A stretch of 64,000 nucleotides of DNA from Eledone cirrhosa (lineage: Eukaryota), in NCBI GenBank assembly GCA_964016885.1, contig OZ024741.1, forward strand, positions 263,190,001-263,254,000, given 5' to 3'. Made by a program: the position numbers and the translations under genes. Numbering within the stretch: the stretch's first letter is position 1; each line of letters opens with the position of its first letter. The notes below the pieces were generated by a model. It ran no database searches, had not been told where the DNA came from, and saw nothing but the letters and a program-made list of their open reading frames with translations. Shown in pieces: positions 24,975 to 37,800 of the stretch.

Positions 24975-26056
24975 TCATCATCATCATCATCATCATCACC
25001 GTTTTACGTCCGTTCTTTCACGCTAGCATGGGTTAGACGGGTTGTCCTGTTGTGGGCAGTGTCTGGTCGGCTGACCATGCCTTGCTCATACAGGAACTGA
25101 TCTGGCTTGATTTCTACAGCTGGATGCCCTTCCTAACACCAACCTCATTTACAGTGAGTGCTGGGTGCTTTTTCGTGGCGCCTACACGTCCACTTTACAG
25201 TGTGGGCTGGGTGCTTTTTTGCCGTGGCACCTCCACGACCACCTTGCGGTGGGGGGGGGGCATATTGTTTATATGCTTCAGCATGTACCCATGGGAGGTC
25301 GGGTACCCTGTATTACTGCGTGACGCCAGAAGTCACGGTCGTGTGTCATTGACTTTGAGAGGTGTAGTTGGGTAAGGTCGGCTTTTATCACCTCATCCCA
25401 AGTCATCTTGGGTCTCCCCACTCCGCGGTTTCCATCAACTTCTAGTGCTCTGCACCTTTTTATGCAGCTGTCATCCTTCATACGCATCACATGTCCATAC
25501 CAGCGTAACCGCCTCTCCTGCACGCAGCATTTGATTCCTCTTATGCTCAGTCTCTCTCTCAATTCATTTATGCTTTGTCGTTCACGTATATTACTGTTAC
25601 ACATCCATCGGAGCATGCAGGCTTCGTTTCTCTCTAATCTACGTAAGTCTTCCACCTTCAGCGCCCAGGTCTCACTACCATGCAACATCGCTGTTCGGAT
25701 ACACGCATCATACAGTCTGCCTTTCATTCTGAGGGAGAAGCCTTTTGCAGCTAGCAGTGGTAGTAGTTCCCTAAACTTCTTCCATCCCGTTCTTACCCTA
25801 GTTATTGTACTTTCTGAGCACCCACCTCCGTTGCTAATTCGGTCACCTAGGTAGCAGAAGCTGTCTACTGTTTCTACAGGGCCCTCCCAGAGATTGGTGG
25901 TACTTGTTTCCTGTGGCTGTTTGCTTGCTGTTTCAGCACAGCTGCTGCATGTGAATCCTACATTCTTAATTAAGCTTCCTGAGATCCCGCTACATCTCTT
26001 GTGTACCCATTGTTTGCATTTGGGGCAAAGAATGGAGTTCCTACCTACACCTTTCC

Positions 26057-26060
<4 letters not shown>
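24975..26060 (-). mobile_element. 5'-truncated RTE-clade LINE (ORF 25278-26060, 3' UTR, (GAT)n tail)
   Basis: VDSFCYLG, KGRLYDACIRTAMLHGSETW, RRLRWYGHVMRM, GRPKMTW; Cys-rich insert CRKGVGRNSILCPKCKQWVHKRC..C..C. Confidence 0.9.
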
Positions 26061-26107
<47 letters not shown>

Positions 26108-26110
<3 letters not shown>

Positions 26111-26814
26111 TATAAAACTGAAGTTGTCTTTCCATTCCGATTGACTTCAAACTTGCATTTATATATTCCTTGTGGTCTAAAGATATTAACTGCAGCTTTT
26201 ATTTTTCAATTTTCTGTTGTTTAAGGCGTTTTATTTTTTCATTAAAACTTTAAGCCCTTTTTGTCAGTTCGGCAATTTTGGCTACAGAGACAGCTCTTTA
26301 GTATTTTGAAAGAGTTACCTCTCTTCATAGACTATATTATCCCTACTTAAACGTACATCCCTTGAAATTGTTGATCGTGACCCCAATAGTAACTCCGATG
26401 CGTTCGGCATCCGATATAACAGTTCGGTCTATATCAGATTGGGTAGATTTTTGTAACCATGAAAGTATCCAACTAAATTCCTTCATACTCTCTACCACTG
26501 CAGTCCCACATGCTTACTGCTCTGTAACTATTGCTTTCATTGTACCATAGCACAACAAATACATGTTCGGTTTGTCGAATGCCTTTTTACTTAACCCTAT
26601 CGTCTTGGCTTTCGTGGGTTGAACATTTTACTCTCAGGCACCCAATTAAGTTAAACTCCTGGTAATCTACGACGAATTTTTTTTAGAATCACAAAATGTA
26701 GACACCATCCCAAGGCCGAGGTATTCCGTACTTCTCTGTACTGTTTCAAAAAGGAGGGATAAACATGCCAATCTATGTTTAGGATCCCGAGCAACACCGC
26801 GCCATTCTGCTAGT
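26108..26814 (+). mobile_element. Non-autonomous Helitron-like element
   Basis: Begins TATATAAAA, carries CCGATTGACTTCAAACTTG, ends with GC-rich CCCGAGCAACACCGCG then CTGCTAG|T. Confidence 0.55.
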
Positions 26815-26879
26815 ATATATATATATATATATATATATACTAAAGAAAAATCAGTGATGCATCTGGACTTAGTTTATTT

Positions 26880-26970
26880 CGTGTTACAAATGTTTCGCCG
26901 GCAGATAGCTCGAGTCATGGTCCTTGTATGGATCTGGCTGATTCTACTTCTGCAGGTTCTTTCAGACACG
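26880..26970 (-). ncRNA. Type I hammerhead-like motif with an extra core nucleotide
   Basis: Minus strand CGTGT CTGAAAGA ACCT-GCAGA...TCTGC-CGGC GAAA CATTTG TA ACACG; 5-bp stem I. Confidence 0.55.
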
Positions 26971-27142
26971 TCTGTTATGTCCGGAGCAAATTTTATATAT
27001 ATATATTGTAATGGATGTCCATAAGGTCTTTGAAATGCTTTTAATTAAGCATACAGTGTATTGCAAAATACACTATATATACATTCATATATATATATAT
27101 AGCTATTTCAGAGCGCCAATTCTAATTTATATATATATATAT

Positions 27143-27562
27143 ATCATCATCATCATCGTTTAACGTCCGTGTTCCACGCTTGCATGGGTTTAGACGGGGG
27201 TTTTCCCACTTGAGGCAAGAGTGGTTATCTTGCTCGCATAGGACTATCTGGCGGGTTTTCGACAGCTGGATGCCCTTCCTAACACCAACCACATTTACAG
27301 TGTGGGGCTGGGAGGTTTTTACCGTCACGACCAAAAAACACACAGTTCATGCTGTAATGTGGCCGTGTAGGTAACACGGTAAAAACCTCCCAGCCCCACA
27401 CTGTAAATGTGGTTGGTGTTAGGAAGGGCATCCAGCTGTAGAAAACCCGCCAGATAGTCCTATGCGAGCAAGATAATCAATCTTGCCTCAAGTGGGGAAA
27501 ACCCCCGTCCAAACCCATGCAAGCGTGGAACACGGACGTTAAACGTTGATGATGATGATGAT
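27143..27562. mobile_element. Inverted pair of RTE/SINE 3' tails
   Basis: Arms ~27143-27327 and ~27375-27562 are reverse complements, each ending in (GAT)n. Confidence 0.85.
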
Positions 27563-27597
27563 ACATATATATATATTTACATACATATATATACATA

Positions 27598-28209
27598 TAT
27601 GGTGGCTGCCAACTCGTTTTCGAGTACGGCCACTACTTTATATCCATGTAGGAGAACCCCTACCGATGCGCTGAACGAGTGTGACTTTTTAGTCCAGCCA
27701 GCGACTTGAAAACTCTGGTACAAACACTACACTTGTGACAATTACTGACACATAGTGCTGGGCCCATGGTACCATGTGACGACAAGTGCAGAGAGATCTC
27801 CAGATATAAAGCAATGCCTGTGCCGTGAAGCTTTTATAGTGAGCAAAGGCACTGCACAAAGCCAGTCCCACTCTCTTAACCAAGATGATATTTACCAAAA
27901 AGAAGAACAAGTCAACATCATTGGATACCATCAGGGTTGCAGGTGTTATATCAGAGTTTTCCTTCTCCTAGAATTCTGCCTTGTCAAAGGCTAAGGGGTC
28001 ATCTCTCCCGGTGATTTTGGATGGCCATTGACTCTTAAGAGCTCCTTTGCCCTTTGACAGGTTTTGTTTTTAGTCCTGCAGGATGTCCAAAGTCACCCTC
28101 CTCACCAAGAAACCTTGGTGGGGTTGCCAGTTTAGTCGCCAACGACCCGACCATGGGACAGGTTGTACTGGGATACATGTTACCAGTAGCACCAACTGGT
28201 GACCTGACA

Positions 28210-28210
<1 letters not shown>
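27598..28210 (+). mobile_element. Repeat family B copy
   Basis: Inverted near-identical match to 12593-13195 (ORFs 12863-13105 and 27689-27931 are nearly identical). Confidence 0.75.
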
Positions 28211-28971
<761 letters not shown>

Positions 28972-29229
28972 CGAGTCTCTAGTAAACTAAAGTACACCAA
29001 ACAAATGATTTTTTTTTTCTTTAATTAAAGATCTGACATATACACATGTTCATGTTTAAATAGATTTGTCTCCAAGTATTGAAGAGAGGGGTTGAGGGAG
29101 TGTTTGTTGCAGTGGGAGTTGATGCGGGTGTTGAGGGAGGAGTGGGGTTGGTGAGGGAGAGGTGGGCTTTGGTAAAGGAGGGGTGGGGGGACATTATGTG
29201 TGGTGGAAATGTCAGCTGGCTAAATGGGA

Positions 29230-30600
29230 TCAACAATAAAAACAACAACAACAATGAAAACAACAACAACAACAACAACTCTAATGACACTAACAGCAGC
29301 AACAGCATCAACAACAACAGCAACAATAACACCAACAACAACGATAACAACAACACTCACAACTCCAATGACACTAACAACAGCAACAACAACAACAATA
29401 ACACCAACAACACAAAAATAACAACAATAACAACAAAAATAACAACAACAATAACAACAACAACAACAATGACAACAACAATAACAACAACAACAATAAC
29501 AACAATGACAACAACAACAACACCAACAACAATGACAACAACAACAACAATGACAACAACACTAACAACAACACCAACAACAATGACAACAACAACACCA
29601 ACAACAATGACAACAACAATGACAACAACAACAACAATGACAACAACAACAACACCAACAACAACGACAACAACAACACCAACAACAATGACAACAACAA
29701 CACCAATAACAATGACAACAACAATGACAACAACAACACCAACAACAACAAAACCAACAACAATGACAACAACAATGACAACAACAACAACAATGACAAC
29801 ACCAACAACAACAACACCAACAACAATGACAACAACAATACCAACAACAACACCAACAACACCAACAACAACACCAACAACACCAACAACACCAACAACA
29901 GTGACAACAACAACACCAACAACAACACTAACAACAATGACAACAACAATGACAACAACAACAACAATGACAACAACAACACCAACAACAACAACAACAA
30001 CAATACCAACAACAACACTAACAACAATGACAACAACAACAATGACAACAACAACACCAACAACAACAACAACAATACCAACAACAACACTAACAACAAT
30101 GACAACAACAATGACAACAACAATGACAACAACAATACCAACAACAATGACAACAACAGTGACAACAACAACACCAACAACAACAACAACAACAACAACA
30201 CCAACAACAATGACAACAACAACACCAACAACAATGACAACAACAACAAAGACAACAACAACACCAACAACAGTGACAACAACAACACCAACAACAATGA
30301 CAACAACAACAAAGACAACAACAACACCAACAACAGTGACAACAACAACACCAACAACAATGACAACAACAACACCAACAACAATGACAACAACAACAAA
30401 GACAACAACAACACCAACAACAATGACAACAACAACACCAACAACAATGACAACAACAACACCAACAACAATGACAACAGCTGTCATAAAGATAACAACA
30501 ACATCAATTACAACAATCACAATAAGAATTTCAACATCACTATCATCCCCATCATTATCATCATCATCAATAACAACAATAGTAGCAACAACATCATCTC
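29230..30600. repeat. (ACA)n-based trinucleotide tract
   Basis: ACA repeats punctuated by ATG/CCA; explains the poly-T/V/L ORFs. Confidence 0.95.
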
Positions 30601-30617
30601 TATCATTAACATCGTCA

Positions 30618-31292
30618 CCACATGTCACAGTGTACAGAGTGTCTCACACTAGATACTACATGTCACAGTGTACACCACATGTCACAGTGTACAGAGTGTC
30701 GCACACTAGACACTACATGTCACAATGTACACCACATGTCACAGTGTACAGAGTGTCTCACACTAGATACTACATGTCACAGTGTACACCACATGTCACA
30801 GTGTACAGAGTGTCGCACACTAGACACTACATGTCACAATGTACACCACATGTCACAGTGTACAGAGTGTCTCACAATGTACACCACATGTCACAGTGTA
30901 CAGTGTCTCACAATGTACACCACATGTCACAGTGTACAGAGTGTCTCACAATGTACACTACATGTCACAGTGTACAGAGTGTCACACACTAGACACTACA
31001 TGTCACAGTGTACACTACATCTCACAGTGTACAGAGTGTCTCACAATGTACACCACATGTCACAGTGTACAGAGACGTCATGTGATAGTGTGTCCCACAT
31101 GTCACAGTGTGTGCCACGTGTCACAGTGGAGACTTCATGTCATAGAGTGTGCCACATGCACAGTGGAGACTTCATGTCATATTGTGTGCCACATTTCACA
31201 TTGGAGACTTCATGTCATAGTGTGCCACATGTTAGTGTGTGCCACATGTCACAATGGAGACTTCATGTGATAGTGTGTGCCACATGTCACAG
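30618..31292. repeat. Minisatellite built on CACATGTCACAGTG, 57-bp period at its start
   Basis: CCACATGTCACAGTGTACAGAG at 30618, 30675 and 30732; shorter, degenerate units follow. Confidence 0.9.
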
Positions 31293-31377
31293 ATTCTTCC
31301 TGTCCACTGGTAAAGTGGATTGTAATAACACTGCTGTCAAACAGTATTGACCTTTGCCTTTCCCTATGACAACATAT

Positions 31378-31582
31378 CATATATACTCGAATATAAGCGG
31401 AGGCATATGTTACCCCCCCCCCGCAAAAAATTGATGGTAAAAAGGAGGTGGGTGGCTTATGTACACCATCTAAACAATGTTGATTAGCTGCCACGGTTTA
31501 TAAATGGGGTTTAGACTTTTGCACATTTCTCAGACAAAAACTAGGGAGGTTGGCATATATTCAAATCAGCTTATATTCGAAA
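31378..31582. mobile_element. Tc1/mariner (pogo-like) MITE remnant
   Basis: Inverted termini TCGAATATAAGC ... GCTTATATTCGA. Confidence 0.5.
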
Positions 31583-31737
31583 CACTCGCTTGGGGTGGGT
31601 TTCTTCTCTGAAGACCTTCTGTTGTCCAGCTCTCATGGGAGTTATATATGAGTTGTATTGTAGTTATATATGAGTTGTATTGTCCAACTCTCCTTGGAGT
31701 TACTTACCACCAAGTATATACGCTATATTATACATAT

Positions 31738-32067
31738 GACGTGTCGCTGAGTGGTTAGAGAATTGGATTCACAATCTTGAGGTTGTGAGTTCGATTCCTG
31801 GACCAGGCGATGCGTTATGTCCTTCAACAAGACACTTTATTTCACGTTGCTCCTTCTACCTGGAGTTGCGACCGATAGAGAGTATTAGCAACTGGAAAGA
31901 CCAACGGAAACATTGTTTCCTCGGTCCGATTTGACGAAAGTCGATCGATTCTCTATACATATAATGTATATATGAGTTGTAACAACACTGGTGCCTAACT
32001 ATTGGTCTTTGCTACAGCCTAGGATGACATTGATGGAGTGGAAATGGGGGGAAGTTGCATGTATGGA
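31738..32067 (+). mobile_element. Diverged SINE family C copy
   Basis: GAGTGGTTAGA, GAGTTCGATTCC, GTCCTTCAACAAGACACTTTATTTCAC. Confidence 0.65.
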
Positions 32068-32580
32068 TGTATAACAAAATACTGGCGTGTATGAATATAA
32101 CAAAAGACTCAGTTGTGTGTATAAAGTTTAATTAACAAGTTGAAGTTATGTAGAACAGAATGGTTGACAAGTCAATGAAAGTAGATGAAAGAATGAAGTA
32201 AAGTTATTTGTTACCGTTTTGAAGTGAGCTCGCAAGAGACCATGTTAGGGTTGCCAGTCGAACGCGCCTGGTGGAAGACGCCTGGTCGAGGGGCCAGGCA
32301 GGTTAGAAGAGGGCAAATGAGAGAGAGATCACTCTGAGTATCCCTTTTATAGGGTCCAAGACGGAAGTGACAAAAAGGGTTCTGCCATCCTAACGGGAAG
32401 TAATTCCAGCTACTTCCTGTCTGGAGAGCGGTGATGTGATTGTCATAACAAGGGAGGCAACTCTTGCTACAGATGACTACTGGTCTTGGGGAGAAACCTT
32501 CCAGGGGCAAACTGATGGTGAATCATGGCCGAAAGTGGAGGGGAATCCTTGATTAGTCTACTCGACATTGTGATGTTACA
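32068..32580 (-). mobile_element. Possible solo LTR
   Basis: TGTATAACA...TGTTACA termini; minus-strand TATAAAA (~32345) upstream of ATTAAA (~32127); no target-site duplication seen. Confidence 0.35.
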
Positions 32581-32938
32581 CAACAGCAACATAACGACAA
32601 CGACAGCATTACAACAACGACAACGACAGCATTACAATAACAACAACAACAACGACAGCATCACAACAACATGACAGCAACGGCAACATGACAACAACAA
32701 CATCATGACAACAACACCATCATCATGACAACAACATGACCGCAATGGCAACAAGACAACAACAACGACAACGACATATAGACAACTACAAATAGGCTCC
32801 CATGTATAGAGATATATATGAAAGAGAGATATTACTTCATTGTCAAAGGTCACTGTGTTATGTCATGTATCATGTGAGATTATGAAAGTAACAGATATAT
32901 ACTGTATATATTTCACTACATTATCTTACTACATGGGT

Positions 32939-32980
<42 letters not shown>

Positions 32981-33160
32981 ACGAGAGAGAGAGGGGGGGG
33001 ATGAATAGATTAATAGTTAGATAGATAGAGAGAGAGGGAGGCGGGAGACATGCATATAGGTAGAGAGTTTGATAGATAAAGAGATAGTTAAATATTTAAG
33101 GAGATAGATAGATAGGGAGAGAGAAAGACAGACAGACAGGCAAATAGATAGATAGATAGA

Positions 33161-33359
33161 TTTCTTTATTTGCCACAAGGGCGCACAAGAAAAGGGGACA
33201 AAACAAAGACACATGCCGGGGATTTTACATACAATCGTGTAAAAATATTAAAACAAATAAATTTAACAATCGAAATCCCCAATAGGTGGGAGGCGCCACA
33301 AATGGGTTGTTTAACACCCCATAGATAGAACAACCCTCAACTTCAGGAGCGTGTTGTGC

Positions 33360-33361
<2 letters not shown>
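33161..33361 (-). mobile_element. Second 3'-UTR copy of the Tx1-like LINE, embedded in (GATA)n
   Basis: Closely matches 21668-21872; (GATA)n on both sides. Confidence 0.75.
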
Positions 33362-33418
<57 letters not shown>

Positions 33419-33552
33419 GGGAAGGGTAAGGCAATATCCCTGACCTTTACAGATCCTCCAAGACCAGTGAGATTGATGAGATGTCAAGCCTGAACCTGTT
33501 TCATTGATCACAGCAGACTTAAGATTACACAACAAGCAGAGTCATTAAAACC

Positions 33553-34740
33553 AACTAGACAGCTGTCGAGGACACAGACCTCAGAGAGATGAATTACCGG
33601 ACATTAATCAGAGTGTTATACAGGGCCGGTGTTACCATTAAGGGCAACTAGACAGCTGTCGAGGACACAGACCTCAGAGAGATGAATTACCGGACATTGA
33701 TCAGAGTGTTATACAGGGCTGGTGTTAACATTAAGGGCAACTAAACAGCTGTGGTAGACACAGACCTCAGAGAGGTGAACTACTGGATCTTGATCTCAGT
33801 GTTATACAGGGCTGGTGTTAACATTAAGGGCAACTAGACAGCTGTGGTAGACACAGACCTCAGAGAGGTGAACTACTGGATCTTGATCTCAGTGTTATAC
33901 AGGGCTGGTGTTACCATTAAGGGCAACTAGACAGCTGTCGAGGACACAGACCTCAGACAGATGAATTACTGGACATTGATCAGAGTGTTATACAGGGCTG
34001 GTGTTACCATTAAGGGCAACTAGACAGCTGTGGTAGACACATACCTCAGAGAGGTGAACTAATGGATCTTGATCTCAGTGTTATACAGGGCTGGTGTTAC
34101 CATTAAGGGCAACTAAACAGCTGTGATTAACACAGACCTCAGAGAGGTGAACTAATGGATCTTGATCTCAGTGTTATACAAGGCTGGTGCTACCATTAAG
34201 GGCAACTAGACAGCTGTGGGAGACACATACCTCAGAGAGGTGAACTAATGGATCTTGATCTCAGTGTTATACAGGGCTGGTGTTACCATTAAGGGCAACT
34301 AGACAGCTGTGGTAGACACAGACCTCAGAGAGGTGAACTACTGGATCTTGATCTCAGTGTTATACAGGGCTGGTGTTACCATTAAGGGCAACTAGACAGC
34401 TGTGATTGACACAGACCCCAGAGAGGTGAACTAATGGACCTTAATCTCAGTGTTATACAGGGCTGGTGTTACCATTAAGGGCAACTAGACAGCTGTGGTA
34501 GACAGAGACCTCAGAAAGGTGAACTAATGGATCTTGATCTCAGTGTTATACAAGGCTGGTGTTACCATTAAAGGCAACTAGACAGCTGTGGTAGACACAG
34601 ACCTCAGAAAGGTGAACTAATGGATCTTGATCTCAGTGTTATACAAGGCTGGTGTTACCATTAAGAGAAACTAGACAGCTGTGATAGACACAGACCCCAG
34701 GGAGGTGAATTACTGGACCTTAACGGATCACAGTTTTATA
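33553..34740. repeat. 93-bp tandem repeat, about 12-13 copies
   Basis: CAGGGCTGGTGTTACCATTAAGGGCAACTAGACAGCTG... at 33621, 33714 and onward. Confidence 0.95.
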
Positions 34741-34822
34741 CAAATTTGTATGATTAAATTTAATATATAATAATTTCCTGCAATCAATATATAAATCACT
34801 AAACATCTTTGTTGTGTAACAG

Positions 34823-34892
34823 GGTTGTGGAAATATCTAAAGTGGTGGAGAGGGTCGTATGGTGTTATGACCTACTACATGATTTGGAGTGG
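34823..34892 (+). CDS. Candidate 70-nt exon whose 3' end is the first satellite monomer
   Basis: Acceptor tctttgttgtgtaacag, donor GG|GTGAAT; two open frames (VVEISKVVERVVWCYDLLHDLEW or GLWKYLKWWRGSYGVMTYYMIWSG). Confidence 0.35.
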
Positions 34893-37800
34893 GTGAATGT
34901 GGACTGTGTTAGTGATATAGTATTATGACCTGCTACATGATTTGGAGTGGGTGAATGTGGACTGTGTAGTGATATAGTGTTATGACCTACTACATGATTT
35001 GGAGTGGGTGAATGTGGACTGTGTAGTGATATAGTGTTATGTCCTACTGCATGATTTGGAGTGGGTGAATGTGGACTGTGTAGTGATATAGTGTTATGAC
35101 CCACTACATGATTTGGAGTGGGTGAATGTGGACTGTGTAGTGATATAGTATTATGACCTGCTACACGATTTGGAGTGGGTGAATGTGGAGTGTGTAGTGA
35201 TATAGTATTATGACCTGACACATGATTTGGAGTGGGTGAATGTGGACTGTGTAGTGATATAGTGTTATGACCTTCACGTGATTTGGAGTGGGTGAATGTG
35301 GACTGTGTAGTGATATAGTATTATGACCTGCTACATGATTTGGAGTGGGTGAATGTGGACTGTGTAGTAATATAGTATTATGACCTGCTACATGATTTGG
35401 AGTGGGTGAATGTGGACTGTGTAGTGATATAGTATTATGACCTTCACGTGATTTGGAGTGGGTGAATGTGGACTGTGTAGTGATATAGTATTATGACCTT
35501 CTACATGATTTGGAGTGGGTGAATGTGGACTGTGTAGTGATATAGTATTATGACCTGCTACATGATTTGGAGTGGGTGAATGTGGACTGTGTAGTGATAT
35601 AGTATTATGACCTGCTACATGATTTGGAGTGGGTGAATGTGGACTGTGTAGTGATATAGTGTTATGACCTTCACGTGATTTGGAGTGGGTGAATGTGGAC
35701 TGTGTAGTGATATAGTATTATGACCTGCTACACGATTTGGAGTGGGTGAATGTGGAGTGTGTAGTGATATAGTGTGATGACCTGCTACATGATTTGGAGT
35801 GGGTGAATGTGGACTGTGTAGTGATATAGTATTATGACCTGCTACATGATTTGGAGTGGGTGAATGTGGACTGTGTAGTGATATAGTATTATGACCTGAC
35901 ACATGATTTGGAGTGGGTGAATGTGGACTGTGTAGTGATATAGTGTTATGACCTTCACGTGATTTGGAGTGGGTGAATGTGGACTGTGTAGTGATATAGT
36001 ATTATGACCTGCTACATGATTTGGAGTGGGTGAATGTGGACTGTGTAGTGATATAGTATTATGACCTGCTACATGATTTGGAGTGGGTGAATGTGGACTG
36101 TGTAGTGATATAGTATTATGACCTTCACGTGATTTGGAGTGGGTGAATGTGGACTGTGTAGTGATATAGTATTATGACCTTCTACATGATTTGGAGTGGG
36201 TGAATGTGGACTGTGTAGTGATATAGTATTATGACCTGCTACATGATTTGGAGTGGGTGAATGTGGACTGTGTAGTGATATAGTATTATGACCTGCTACA
36301 TGATTTGGAGTGGGTGAATGTGGACTGTGTAGTGATATAGTGTTTTGACCTGCTACATGATTTGGAGTGGGTAAATGTGGACTGTGTAGTGATATAGTAT
36401 TATGACCTTCACGTGATTTGGAGTGGGTGAATGTGGACTGTGTAGTGATATAGTATTATGACCTGCTACGTGATTTGGAGTGGGTGAATGTGGACTGTGT
36501 AGTGATATAGTATTATGACCTTCACGTGATTTGGAGTGGGTGAATGTGGACTGTGTAGTGATATAGTGTTATGACCTGCTACATGATTTGGAGTGGGTGA
36601 ATGTGGACTGTGTAGTGATATAGTATTATGACATGTCACGTGATTTGGAGTGGGTGAATGTGGACTGTGTAGTGATATAGTATTATGACCTGACACATGA
36701 TTTGGAGTGGGTGAATGTGGACTGTGTAGTGATATAGTATTATGATCTGTCACGTGATTTGGAGTGGGTGAATGTGGACTGTGTAGTGATATAGTATTAT
36801 GACCTGCTACATGATTTGGAGTGGGTGAATGTGGACTGTGTAGTGATATAGTATTATGACATTCTACATTATTTGGAGTGGGTGAATGTGGACTGTGTAG
36901 TGATATAGTATTATGACCTTCACGTGATTTGGAGTGGGTGAATGTGGACTGTGTAGTGATATAGTATTATGACCTGCTACATGATTTGGAGTGGGTGAAT
37001 GTGGACTGTGTAGTGATATAGTATTATGACCTGACACATGATTTGGAGTGGGTGAATGTGGACTGTGCAGTGATATAGTATTATGACCTGTCAAGTTATT
37101 TGGAGTGGGTGAATGTGGACTGTGTAGTGATATAGTGTTATGACCTACTACATGAGTTGGAGTGGGTGAATGTGGACTGTGTAGTGATATAGTGTTATGA
37201 CCTACTACATGGTTTGGAGTGGGTGAATGTGGACTGTGCAGTGATATAGTATTATGACCTTCATGTGATTTGGAGTGGGTGAATGTGGACTGTGTAGTGA
37301 TATAGTATTATGACCTGTCACATGATTTGGAGTGGGTGAATGTGGACTGTGTAGTGATATATTATGACCTGTCACATGATTTGGAGTGGGTGAATGTGGA
37401 CTGTGTAGTGATATAGTATTATGACCTGCTACATGATTTGGAGTGGGTGAATGTGGACTGTGTAGTGATATAGTATTATGACCTGCTACATGATTTGGAG
37501 TGGGTGAATATGGACTGTCTAGTGATATAGTATTATGACCTGCTACATGATTTGGAGTGGGTGAATGTGGACTGTGTAGTGATATAGTATTATGACCTGC
37601 TACATGATTTGGAGTGGGTGAATGTGGACTGTGTAGTGATATAGTATTATGACCTGCTACATGATTTGGAGTGGGTGAATATGGACTGTCTAGTAATATA
37701 GTATTATGACCTGCTACATGATTTGGAGTGGGTGAATGTGGACTGTGTAGTGATATAGTGTTATGACCTTCACGTGATTTGGAGTGGGTGAATGTGGACT

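Noticed and set aside
30618-30790. Common origin of this 57-bp-period minisatellite and the large 57-bp satellite
   Set aside because: Only short shared words (CCACAT, CATGT) and no colinear alignment by eye; the equal period is probably coincidence
29079-30992. 637-aa mucin-like Thr-rich ORF
   Set aside because: An (ACA)n tract is open in several frames on both strands. There is no signal peptide or domain and almost no Thr codon diversity; a mucin exon cannot be fully excluded without RNA data.
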